A stretch of DNA of 64,000 nt, from the NCBI GenBank assembly GCA_965242865.1, contig CBDETK010000013.1:4160001-4224000 (forward strand), read 5' to 3'. A program made the position numbers and the translations under genes. The DNA is from Candidatus Latescibacterota bacterium (GTDB lineage Bacteria > Latescibacterota > UBA2968 > UBA8231). Below the pieces are notes generated by a model. The model saw nothing but the letters and a program-made list of their open reading frames with translations, was not told the DNA's origin and searched no databases. Shown here piece by piece: positions 29,944 through 38,581 of this stretch. Numbering within the stretch: position 1 is the stretch's first letter; every line of letters starts with the position of its first letter.

Positions 29944-31679
29944 AGCGTTTCCAACTCGGCGCTAAGCTGCTGCTGCTGGTGCAAGTCGGCGTAGAAGCCA
30001 CCGTTGCGGATCAGCTCGTCGTGGGTGCCCAACTCGGCGATGCGGCCGTCGGCGAGCACGGCGATGCGGTCGGCGTGGCGCAAGGTCGAGATGCGGTGGG
30101 CAATGATGAGGGTGGTGCGGCCCTGCATGAGCGCGTGCAAGCGGTCGAGAATGGCTTCCTCGGTATGGGTGTCCACCGCGGAGAGCGCGTCGTCGAGGAT
30201 GAGGATTTGCGGCCGGCGAATGAGTGCCCGGGCCAGCGTCGTGCGCTGCTTCTGCCCCCCAGACAGGGTGACGCCGCGCTCGCCGATGAGGGTGGCAAAG
30301 CCCGCGTCGAATTGGTCGATGTCCTTTTTTAGCTGGGCCTCGGCGGCCGCGGCGTGGATTTGGGCCTCGGCGGCCGAGGTCGCGCCGTAAGCGATGTTGG
30401 CGTTGAGGGTAGTGGAAAATAGAAAGGGGTTTTGCGAGACGTAGCCGATGGCGTCGCGCAAGGTCGCCAGCGGCCATTCCTCAATCGGCACCCCGTCGAT
30501 GAATACCTGTCGCGGTCCCGCTTGGACCAAGCGCGGCACCAAGCGTGCTAAGGTCGTCTTGCCCGCGCCCACGCGGCCAATGATGCCGAGGGTCGTGCCG
30601 CGGGGAATGTCGAGATCGATCTGATGGAGGACTCGTTCCTTGCCGTAGGAGAAATTGAGCTTGCGGAAGGCGATGTGCCCGGCGATTGGGCGCGAATGGG
30701 CCGGAGGCAGGGTGCGGTCTTGAATTTCGGGCTCGACCGCGAGGACCTCGTTGATGCGCTGCATGGACACGAGGGCATGCTGGGCGCGGTCGATGATCCA
30801 GCCGGTGTACATGATCGGCCGGATGAGCTGGGTTAGGTACGCGTTGAAGGCCACAAACGTCCCCAAACTGAGTTCGCCGTTGATGACCGCCTGCCCGCCC
30901 AGCCACAAGTTCAGCCCGAGGCAGAGCGAGGCGATGACGTAAGAAAGCGGCCGGTAGTTGGCGCGGGTGAGGATGTACGCACGGTTTTTTTGCAGATACG
31001 CCCAGTTGAGCCGGTCGAACGCGGCGTTTTGCGCTGGCTCTTGGGTATAGGCCCGGACCACGCGGATGCCCGAAAGGTTTTCTTGGATAAAGGTGCTGAT
31101 CCGACCGAAATATTCTTGAATGGCCTTGTAGCGGATGTTGATGACTGCGGCGATGCGGATCATCACCGCGCTAAAAAGCGGCAGGGGGACCAGCACCAGC
31201 AGGGCCAGCTGCCAGTTGAGCAGGCACATACAGGCGAGGGTGAAGGCCAGCCCCAAGGCGGTATCGACGATGCCGCGAATGCCATAGACCCAAAAGATAT
31301 GCACGGAGTGGAGATCGTTGGTCGCCCGCGCCATGAGGTCGCCGGTGCGGCGCTGCTGGTAGTACGAGAGCGGCAGCTTGAGCAGGTGGGCAAAATACGC
31401 GGTGCGGATGTCGTATTCGATGCGGTTGGCAGCGCGGCCCAACAGCATCCGCATGGCGTACCCGCACCCCGCCACGCCCAAGGCCGCGGCGAGGATATAA
31501 AGGACGTAGGTCTCTACGGCCTCGGCGGCCGCATCCGGCGTCGAGACCGCATCGACGGCCTCGCCCACCAGCAGCGGGATGTACGCGGTTGCGGCCTGCC
31601 CCAGCCCGATGCAGAGCGCGCCGAGTAGGATGCGGCTTCGGTAGGGACGGACGTATGGGGAAAACGGACCAAACATCAA
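29940..31679 (-). CDS. ABC exporter, fused permease/ATPase (heterodimer subunit 1, degenerate Walker B)
   Basis: [21 protein letters not shown]. Confidence 0.93.
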   Translation of the reverse strand: MMFGPFSPYVRPYRSRILLGALCIGLGQAATAYIPLLVGEAVDAVSTPDAAAEAVETYVLYILAAALGVAGCGYAMRMLLGRAANRIEYDIRTAYFAHLLKLPLSYYQQRRTGDLMARATNDLHSVHIFWVYGIRGIVDTALGLAFTLACMCLLNWQLALLVLVPLPLFSAVMIRIAAVINIRYKAIQEYFGRISTFIQENLSGIRVVRAYTQEPAQNAAFDRLNWAYLQKNRAYILTRANYRPLSYVIASLCLGLNLWLGGQAVINGELSLGTFVAFNAYLTQLIRPIMYTGWIIDRAQHALVSMQRINEVLAVEPEIQDRTLPPAHSRPIAGHIAFRKLNFSYGKERVLHQIDLDIPRGTTLGIIGRVGAGKTTLARLVPRLVQAGPRQVFIDGVPIEEWPLATLRDAIGYVSQNPFLFSTTLNANIAYGATSAAEAQIHAAAAEAQLKKDIDQFDAGFATLIGERGVTLSGGQKQRTTLARALIRRPQILILDDALSAVDTHTEEAILDRLHALMQGRTTLIIAHRISTLRHADRIAVLADGRIAELGTHDELIRNGGFYADLHQQQQLSAELETL

Positions 31680-32290
31680 TGGGAACGGGCGCGGCCCAGC
31701 TCGGGAAAGGTGCGGGCGAGGAGCGGGCGCATAGCCGCCAACGCTTGGGCGCGGTGACTGAGCCGGTTTTTTGTGGCGAGGTCGAGCTGGGCCATGGTTT
31801 GAGCGTAGGCGGGGACAAAAAAGACCGGATCGTAGCCAAAGCCGTTACTCCCGGCTGGGGCCGGGGCGATCAGCCCGTCACACGTGCCTTCGGCTTGGCA
31901 TTGGCGGCCGTCGGGGCTTGCGGCACAGAGGACGCAGCGGAAGCGGGCGCGGCGTTGCGCGGGCGCGGGATATGGTTTGAGGTGGGCCAGCAAGTGCTGG
32001 CAGCGGCCGGCGTCGTTGAGGTGGGGGCCGCCGTAGCGGGCCGAATAGACCCCAGGGGCACCGGCGAGGGCATCCACTTCGAGCCCGGAGTCGTCGGCGA
32101 GGGCGATCTGGCCGCTGGCCGCGGCATAAGCGCGGGCTTTGAGCTGGGCGTTGGCCGCAAAGGTCTGGCCGCTTTCCTCGACGCAGAGCTGCAAGCCGAG
32201 GTCGGCCGGGGCGACGACCTCGACCTCGGCAAACAAGGCGCGGACTTCGCGGAGCTTACCGGCGTTGTTCGAGGCCAGCAGCAGCGCCAT
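31676..32290 (-). CDS. rdgB: Non-canonical purine NTP pyrophosphatase (RdgB/HAM1)
   Basis: ASNNAGKLRE, DDSGL, PGVYSARY, GFGYDPVF, KNRLSHR. Confidence 0.93.
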   Translation of the reverse strand: MALLLASNNAGKLREVRALFAEVEVVAPADLGLQLCVEESGQTFAANAQLKARAYAAASGQIALADDSGLEVDALAGAPGVYSARYGGPHLNDAGRCQHLLAHLKPYPAPAQRRARFRCVLCAASPDGRQCQAEGTCDGLIAPAPAGSNGFGYDPVFFVPAYAQTMAQLDLATKNRLSHRAQALAAMRPLLARTFPELGRARSH

Positions 32291-33354
32291 TACGGCTGTT
32301 GGCGCTGCTCGTCGATCTCTGCGAGTTTGCTCGCCGCGTAGTCTTTGAAGCGACTGTCTTTCAATGCTAGGTTGTACCAGCGGCGCGCTTCCTCTCGCTG
32401 GCCGAGTTGAAAATGCGCGTCGCCCAAGAGGGCTTCGGCGGCTCGGTAGTCGTCTTGACAACTCGTGGCGTGCCGGCCCTGCTCAATGGCTTGGCGGAAG
32501 TTGCCCATGCCGTAGTGCGCCTCGCTCAGCCGGTAATACGTCTCGCAGTACGCGTCGTCTAAATCGGCGGCCTTGTTCAGCGGGGCAATGGCCTCGTGGA
32601 ACCGGCCGAGCTGGTTGAGCGCGATGCCGAGCAAGCGGTGCCCTTCGACGTAGCTGGCGTCGATAGCTAGGGCCTTTTGCAAAAGCGGCACGACGCCCTC
32701 TATGTCTTGAGTGTCGAACTTCACCCGCGCCAAGTCGCCGTATGATTCCATGTACGTGGGGTCGGCCTCTATGGAACGCTGGTAGGTGACGATGGATTTG
32801 CCGTAATCGCGGCTGAGGCGCTGGATGTCGCCGAGGGCATTGTAGGGCCTAGCGTCGGTGGGGTCGGCCGCTATGGCCTCGGCAAAGGCCACTTTGGCCT
32901 TGTCCTGCTCGCGCAGACCACTGTGGGCGAGGCCCATGATGTAGAGGGATTGGGCGCTTTGCGGGCTGAACTCGCGTGCGCTGGCAAAATAGTTGATGGA
33001 CTCGCGGTATTTCTTTTGGCGAAAGCTGTTGAGGGCGGCCTTTTGGTAGAGTTGGCCCAGGGCCTTGGCGGCCTGCTCCGGCTTGGTGCCGAGGGCGTGG
33101 GCCTTTTTGAAGCTACCGATGGCTTTGTCGTACTCGTTGAGGGCCTTGTAGGAAATGCCGAGGACGTAGTGAGCGTTCCCGTAGGAGGAATCGGCCGCCA
33201 CGGCCTTTTCTAGCTCGATAGCGGCGTTGCGGTAGTCGCTCTTCTTGACTAAGTCGTAGCCCTCGCGGAAGTAGTCGAGAGCTTCGGGCGCCTGGGCGAG
33301 GGCGGGGGCGTTCAAAAGCGCGAGGGCGAAACTGAGCAAGCGGCAGTACTGCAA
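32290..33354 (-). CDS. Secreted tetratricopeptide-repeat protein
   Basis: Signal peptide, multiple TPR motifs, GAGGAG before the TTG start. Confidence 0.85.
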   Translation of the reverse strand: MQYCRLLSFALALLNAPALAQAPEALDYFREGYDLVKKSDYRNAAIELEKAVAADSSYGNAHYVLGISYKALNEYDKAIGSFKKAHALGTKPEQAAKALGQLYQKAALNSFRQKKYRESINYFASAREFSPQSAQSLYIMGLAHSGLREQDKAKVAFAEAIAADPTDARPYNALGDIQRLSRDYGKSIVTYQRSIEADPTYMESYGDLARVKFDTQDIEGVVPLLQKALAIDASYVEGHRLLGIALNQLGRFHEAIAPLNKAADLDDAYCETYYRLSEAHYGMGNFRQAIEQGRHATSCQDDYRAAEALLGDAHFQLGQREEARRWYNLALKDSRFKDYAASKLAEIDEQRQQP

Positions 33355-33369
33355 AATGGAATCTCCTCT

Positions 33370-33603
33370 TTAGCGGCGGGCGGCGAGCCGGGCTTCGACT
33401 TCGCCGTGGTCGGGAAAGCGGCCTTCTTGGAGCTTGGAAAAGATCAGCTCGCCATCGAGGCTGAGTTCAAACCGCCCTCGGTCTGAGGGGATTAGCGAGA
33501 AGGCCGCGATGTCTGTTTTGTAGGCGACGAGTAGCTGTTCCGCCAAACTGGCGGCTCTGGTTTCGTAGCCTCAAGCCGAGCAGTAAACGAGTTGTAGGTT
33601 CAC
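33370..33603 (-). CDS. Rdx family (SelW/SelT/SelH-like) selenoprotein, 77 aa, in-frame UGA at 33573-33571
   Basis: Manual translation MNLQLVYCSA-U-GYETRAASLAEQLL...IPSDRGRFELSLDGELIFSKLQEGRFPD; CAGGAGG RBS; hairpin 33540-33554 just downstream of the UGA. Confidence 0.9.
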
Positions 33604-33693
33604 GGGAAACCTCCTGTGGAATAGGGATGGAAAGAGTATAAAAGCCACTAGGAGGATTGTCAAAAACGGCGACCTAGCGCAGTGGACGGTGTT

Positions 33694-33736
33694 ATGGTCG
33701 GCTCTTATTTTAACGGCATGGTCGGCTCTTATTTTA
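33694..33736. repeat. 19-bp direct repeat ATGGTCGGCTCTTATTTTA (24-bp period) in a divergent intergenic region
   Basis: Copies at 33694 and 33718. Confidence 0.8.
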
Positions 33737-33756
33737 GGAACCAAAAATTTGGCCCC

Positions 33757-34632
33757 ATGCGGCTCGCCCTTTGGGCCTTGCTGCTGGGGGCGGGCTCGAA
33801 CATCGCGTGTAGCGGCCCCTCGCCGGAAGAGTACATTCACCAGCTCAAAAGCCAGCAAAAAGCCGAGCGCACCAAAGCCGCCAATCAACTCATCCGCTTC
33901 GACGCCGACGAGGTCGTCCCCCGGCTGATTGAGGAGGCCGACTCCGGCTACATCCGCGTGCGGTTTGAGGTGGTGCAGCTGTTGGGCCGCTTTAAGGACG
34001 AGCGCGCCGTGCCGGCCTTGGTCGCCACCCTAGGCGATAGGTCGCCGCGGGTGGCGGCCGCGGCCGCGTGGGCGTTGGGTCAGATCGGCTCGCCCACCGC
34101 GCTCGCCGCGTTGCTCAAATACGTGCGCGACCCCTCGGCCGAAGTGCGCCAATACGTGCTGGGTGCGCTCGGGCCGTGCCATTCGTACGAGGCCGAGCCG
34201 GCCTTGAGCGACTCGGCCTTCCGCGTGGTGCGCCGCGCCTTGCGCGCCCCCAAGCCCAAGTGGCGGATCGCCGCCTTGCAGAGCCTGCGCATCTATGGAT
34301 ACCGCGACGCGGCCGAAGAAGTCATTCGCATGTCGCTGGATCCCTCGGACGAGGTGCGCTACGTGGCCGTGCAGGCCCTCGGCCAGATTGGGCAGGCCCC
34401 GCTCGGCCGCTCCGCCCGCTCCGCGATCTACCAAGCCCTGTTGGTCGCGCTCGATGCCGACGAGCTGCAAAGCATCCGCAGCAAGGCCGTACATGCCCTC
34501 GCGGAGGTGGGCGATGGGCGCGCCGTGCCGCACTTGCAGCGGCTGATGAGGGAGGGCACGGAAGAAGACCGGATCGCGGTGCGACAGGCTTTGCACAAGC
34601 TAAGCCCCCAAGTCGCTGACGCGCTGAACTAG
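33757..34632 (+). CDS. HEAT-repeat protein, probable lipoprotein
   Basis: AAWALGQIG, AVQALGQIG, AVHALAEVG repeats; hydrophobic N-terminus ending in IAC. Confidence 0.8.
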   Translation: MRLALWALLLGAGSNIACSGPSPEEYIHQLKSQQKAERTKAANQLIRFDADEVVPRLIEEADSGYIRVRFEVVQLLGRFKDERAVPALVATLGDRSPRVAAAAAWALGQIGSPTALAALLKYVRDPSAEVRQYVLGALGPCHSYEAEPALSDSAFRVVRRALRAPKPKWRIAALQSLRIYGYRDAAEEVIRMSLDPSDEVRYVAVQALGQIGQAPLGRSARSAIYQALLVALDADELQSIRSKAVHALAEVGDGRAVPHLQRLMREGTEEDRIAVRQALHKLSPQVADALN

Positions 34633-34652
34633 CTAGGAGCGAGAGGAGCGAG

Positions 34653-35531
34653 ATGAAGGAACTAAAGATAGGCTTCCCATCCGGGAGCTTGAAGGAGTCC
34701 ACGTTTGATCTGTTTGTCCGCGCCGGCTATCGGGTGCGGCTCGCGCCGCGCTCGTACGTGCCCGACATCGACGACCCCCAGCTCGCTGGCCTGATGTTCC
34801 GGGCGCAGGAAATCGCCCAGTACGTGGCGCGCGGCGTCGTCGATGTGGGCCTGACGGGCCGAGACTGGATCCTCGAAAGCGAGGCTGATGTAATCGAAGT
34901 CGGCGAACTGACGTACAGCAAGAGCACGGCGCGGCCCTTGCGCTGGGTCATCGCCGTGCCCGAGGCTTCCCCCATCCAATGCGTTGAAGACCTGCAGGGC
35001 CGTCGCATTGCCAGCGAGCTAGTCGGGGTGACGCGCCGCTTCTTGCAGGCGCGGGGCGTGGAGGCCGAGGTGGAGTTTTCGTGGGGCGCGACCGAGGTCA
35101 AGGCCGGCATTCCCGGGCTGGTCGACGCGGTCGTCGAGGCGACCGAGACGGGCGCATCGCTCAAGGCCAACCGGCTGCGCGTCGTCGCTGCGGTCTGCGA
35201 ATCAACCCCGCGCTTGATCGCCAACGAGGCCGCGTGGGCCGATGGCTGGAAGCGGGAGAAGGCCGAGAACTTGCTCATGCTGCTCAAGGGGGCGCTCGAA
35301 GCCGAGCACAAGGTCGGCCTCAAAATGAACGTGCCGCGCGCCCAGCTCGACCGCGTCATCGCCCGGCTGCCGGCCCTGCACACGCCCACGGTCTCCAGCC
35401 AGATGGACGACGAATGGGTCGCGCTGGAAATCGTCGCGGACGAGCGGGTGGTGCGCGAGCTCATCCCCCCGCTCAAGCGGCTCGGAGCCGAAGGCATCAT
35501 CGAATACCCGCTCAACAAGGTCGTGTACTAA
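34653..35531 (+). CDS. hisG: ATP phosphoribosyltransferase (long form)
   Basis: GFPSGSL, RAQEI, DVGLTGRD, SWGATE, ETGASL.AN. Confidence 0.95.
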   Translation: MKELKIGFPSGSLKESTFDLFVRAGYRVRLAPRSYVPDIDDPQLAGLMFRAQEIAQYVARGVVDVGLTGRDWILESEADVIEVGELTYSKSTARPLRWVIAVPEASPIQCVEDLQGRRIASELVGVTRRFLQARGVEAEVEFSWGATEVKAGIPGLVDAVVEATETGASLKANRLRVVAAVCESTPRLIANEAAWADGWKREKAENLLMLLKGALEAEHKVGLKMNVPRAQLDRVIARLPALHTPTVSSQMDDEWVALEIVADERVVRELIPPLKRLGAEGIIEYPLNKVVY

Positions 35532-36829
35532 TGGTGCCCATCGCGTCCTATCCAGCCGAGCCGCTGGCCCCCCCGCTGGCCGCCCTGCTGGCACGCCGCC
35601 CCGAGCTCGACGCCGAGGTTGAAGAAGCCGTGCGGAGCATTGTGCGGCAGGTGCGGGAAGAAGGCGATGCCGCGCTGTGTGCGCTGACTCAGCGCTTTGA
35701 TGGCGTGGAGATAAGCCCGCAGCAGGTGCAGGTGCCCGCGTCCGTGCTCGCCGAGGCCGAGGCCGCGCTCGACCCGAGTCTGCGCGCCGCCATGACCGAG
35801 GCGGTGGCCCATATCCGCGCCTTCCACGAGCGGCAAAAGCTCAACCCTTGGTTTGTCGAAGCGGGCGACGGGGCGATGCTGGGTCAGAAAATCACGCCGA
35901 TTGAGCGGGTGGGCCTGTGTGTGCCGGCCGGCGAGGTGCCGCTGTTTTCGAGCCTGCTGATGACGGCCGTGCCCGCGCAGGTGGCTGGCGTGGACCAGCT
36001 CTGCGTGGTCACGCCGCCCGTAGCGCCCGGCCGGCCAGCCCCAGCCATTGCGGCGGCCGCGCACTTGTTGGGCATTGACGAGGTGTATGCCGTGGGGGGG
36101 GCGCAGGCCGTGGCCGCGCTCGCCTATGGCACGGAGAGCATCCGGCCGGTCCACAAGATCGTCGGCCCGGGCTCGCCCTATACGGTGGCGGCGCAGCGGC
36201 AGGTTTTTGGCGCGGTGGGTATCGCGCTGCTGCCCGGCCCGTCGGAAATCGCGGTGCTGGCCGACGCAGGGGCCGACCCGCGTTGGATCGCCGCGGACTT
36301 ACTGGCGCAAGCCGAGCACGGCTGGGGGGTCGCGGCCGTGTGCATCACGGACTGCGCGGCCCTAGCGCGCCGCGTCCAAGAGGAACTCGAAGCGCAACGA
36401 GCGGCCCTCCCGCGCTATTCTATTATAGATAGTGCCTTAGAACAGTACGGCGCGATTGTCGTGGTGCCGAGCCTAGCAGTGGGGATTGAGCTACTCAACC
36501 GCCTAGCGCCGGAACACGCCGAATTGCAGGTGGCCGATCCTTGGCGCTGGGTGGATTCAGTGCGCCACTGCGGCGCGCTCTTCCTCGGCGCGGCCTCCAC
36601 CGAGCCGGTCGGCGATTACTTCGCTGGCACCAATCACGTGCTGCCGACGCAAGGCGCGGCTCGCTACGCCTCGTCGTTGGGCTGGGCTGACTTCGTCAAG
36701 ACCACGAGCATCATCGCGTACACCCCCGAGCGCTTGGCCCGCGCGGCCGACCCCATCGTCCGCATGGCCCGAGCCGAGGGCCTTGAGGGGCACGCCCACG
36801 CCGTCCGCATCCGCCAACAGCCGGCATGA
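35531..36829 (+). CDS. hisD: Histidinol dehydrogenase
   Basis: GGAQAVAALAYGT, KIVGPG, GPSE, AQAEH, APEH, GDYFAGTNHVLPT; ATG overlaps the hisG stop. Confidence 0.95.
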   Translation: MVPIASYPAEPLAPPLAALLARRPELDAEVEEAVRSIVRQVREEGDAALCALTQRFDGVEISPQQVQVPASVLAEAEAALDPSLRAAMTEAVAHIRAFHERQKLNPWFVEAGDGAMLGQKITPIERVGLCVPAGEVPLFSSLLMTAVPAQVAGVDQLCVVTPPVAPGRPAPAIAAAAHLLGIDEVYAVGGAQAVAALAYGTESIRPVHKIVGPGSPYTVAAQRQVFGAVGIALLPGPSEIAVLADAGADPRWIAADLLAQAEHGWGVAAVCITDCAALARRVQEELEAQRAALPRYSIIDSALEQYGAIVVVPSLAVGIELLNRLAPEHAELQVADPWRWVDSVRHCGALFLGAASTEPVGDYFAGTNHVLPTQGAARYASSLGWADFVKTTSIIAYTPERLARAADPIVRMARAEGLEGHAHAVRIRQQPA

Positions 36830-37422
36830 GCACCGAGGCCCGCACGGCGCAGATTGTGCGCCAGACGACCGAGACCGAAATCGAGCTGCGGCTGGCTCTC
36901 GATGGCCGCGGCCAGTGCCGCGCGGATACCGGCCTCGGCTTCTTTGATCACATGCTCCACTCCTTTGCCCGGCACGGCCTGTGCGACCTAGCAGTCCAAT
37001 GCCGCGGCGACCTGCACGTGGATGCCCACCACACCGTGGAAGACGTAGGAATTTGTCTCGGCCAAGCCATCGCCCAAGCCTTGGGCGACAAAGTCGGCAT
37101 CCAACGCTATGGCCACAGCTACGTGCCCATGGACGAGGCGCTGGCCCGGGCGGTGGTGGATTTGTCGGGGCGGGCCTACTTGGTCTTTGCCGCGGCCTTT
37201 AGCGAGGAGCGGGTCGGTGCGCTCGATGTGTCCTTAGTGCGCGAATTCTTCTACGCCGTGGCCGACCAAGGCCGGATGAATCTCCACCTCGACCTCGTGC
37301 GCGGCCACAACGCCCATCACGGCATTGAGGCCCTCTTCAAGGCGTTCGCCCGCGCCCTGCTCATGGCCGCACAGCGGCACGAGCGAGTGGAGGGCGTCCC
37401 TTCGACCAAGGGCGTGCTCTGA
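36826..37422 (+). CDS. hisB: Imidazoleglycerol-phosphate dehydratase
   Basis: FFDHML, DAHHTVED, PMDEAL, NAHHGIEALFK, PSTKG. Confidence 0.96.
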   Translation: MSTEARTAQIVRQTTETEIELRLALDGRGQCRADTGLGFFDHMLHSFARHGLCDLAVQCRGDLHVDAHHTVEDVGICLGQAIAQALGDKVGIQRYGHSYVPMDEALARAVVDLSGRAYLVFAAAFSEERVGALDVSLVREFFYAVADQGRMNLHLDLVRGHNAHHGIEALFKAFARALLMAAQRHERVEGVPSTKGVL

Positions 37423-37439
37423 GGCGCGCGCACTCGCCC

Positions 37440-38558
37440 ATGAAGATCTGCCACTTGATGTACGACGACATCGCCAACCCGTGGTTGGGCGGCGGCGGCG
37501 CGGTGCGGGCGCTGGAGCTGTACCGCCGCCTGTCTAGCCGCCACGAGATCACCGTGGTCAGCGGCCTTTTCCCCGGGGCCGAGCCAGAAACCGAACAGCA
37601 CGGCCTGCGCCTGTTGCGCGTTGGCTCGGCCCGCAGCTACGCCCAGAGCCGCTTGGGCTATTGCCGAGCGGCCGTAGCCCAGCTACAGCGGCTGGAGTGG
37701 GACCTGTGGATCAATGAGTTTTCGGCCTTCGCGCCCTTGCGCGTCCCGGCCGCGTTGCGGCAACAGGGCCTGCTTTTGTTTTATCACTTCATGGGCCTGC
37801 ACGCCCTCGCCAAACATCCGCTGGTGGGCGGCGTGGCGTGGCTGTGCGAGCAGCGCGCGTTGCGGGCATGGCCCCGTATCTTGACGATTGCCCCTAGCGT
37901 ACAGGCGCGCATTGAGCGGCATGCTCCCGGCGCGGCGGTCGATATAGTGCATAGCGGCGTCGATCGCCGCTTTTTCGCGCTCGCGCCCGAGGACGGTCCG
38001 TACCTGCTCTACTTTGGCCGCATGGACATCCACACCAAGGGGATTGACCTGTTGATCGCTGCGTTTGCCGAGATTGCCGCCGAGCATCGGGATATTCACC
38101 TCAAGCTGGCGGGGCGCGGCACCCCTGCACAGCTCGCTCGCGTCCGCAACTTGGCGCGGCGGTCGGGATTGGCGGACCGCGTGGAGGTGCTAGGGAGTGT
38201 GGAAGAGGAGCAAAAGGGCGAACTCTTGCGGCGCGCCCTCGTGGTCTGCCTCCCGTCCCGCTACGAGGGTTGGTGCATGGTGGCCGTAGAAGCGGCCGCG
38301 GCCGGCAAGGTCGTATTGGGCACCAACATCGATGGCCTGCGCGACGCCGTGCGCCACGACGAGACCGGGGTGTTGGTCCCCTCCGGCGATGCGGGTGCCT
38401 TGGCGGCCGGAATGCGGGCGTTGATCGCCGATGCCCCAAGGCGGCAGGCACTGGGGGCCGCGGCCCGAGCGTGGGCTAAGGGGTTTGGCTGGGATCGGTT
38501 GGCCGAGGAGTTGGAGAACGTGTATTTGCGCGCTGTTGAGGAAATGGAACAGGCTTAG
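37440..38558 (+). CDS. Glycosyltransferase family 4
   Basis: NPWLGGG, GRMDIHTKG, PSRYEGW...EA. Confidence 0.88.
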   Translation: MKICHLMYDDIANPWLGGGGAVRALELYRRLSSRHEITVVSGLFPGAEPETEQHGLRLLRVGSARSYAQSRLGYCRAAVAQLQRLEWDLWINEFSAFAPLRVPAALRQQGLLLFYHFMGLHALAKHPLVGGVAWLCEQRALRAWPRILTIAPSVQARIERHAPGAAVDIVHSGVDRRFFALAPEDGPYLLYFGRMDIHTKGIDLLIAAFAEIAAEHRDIHLKLAGRGTPAQLARVRNLARRSGLADRVEVLGSVEEEQKGELLRRALVVCLPSRYEGWCMVAVEAAAAGKVVLGTNIDGLRDAVRHDETGVLVPSGDAGALAAGMRALIADAPRRQALGAAARAWAKGFGWDRLAEELENVYLRAVEEMEQA

Positions 38559-38581
38559 GCCATTGCGGAGGGATTGGATTT

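Noticed and set aside
35081-35530. 150-aa N-terminal extension of HisD in the ORF track
   Set aside because: It overlaps hisG in another frame; the ATG at 35531 coupled to the hisG stop gives a normal-length HisD.
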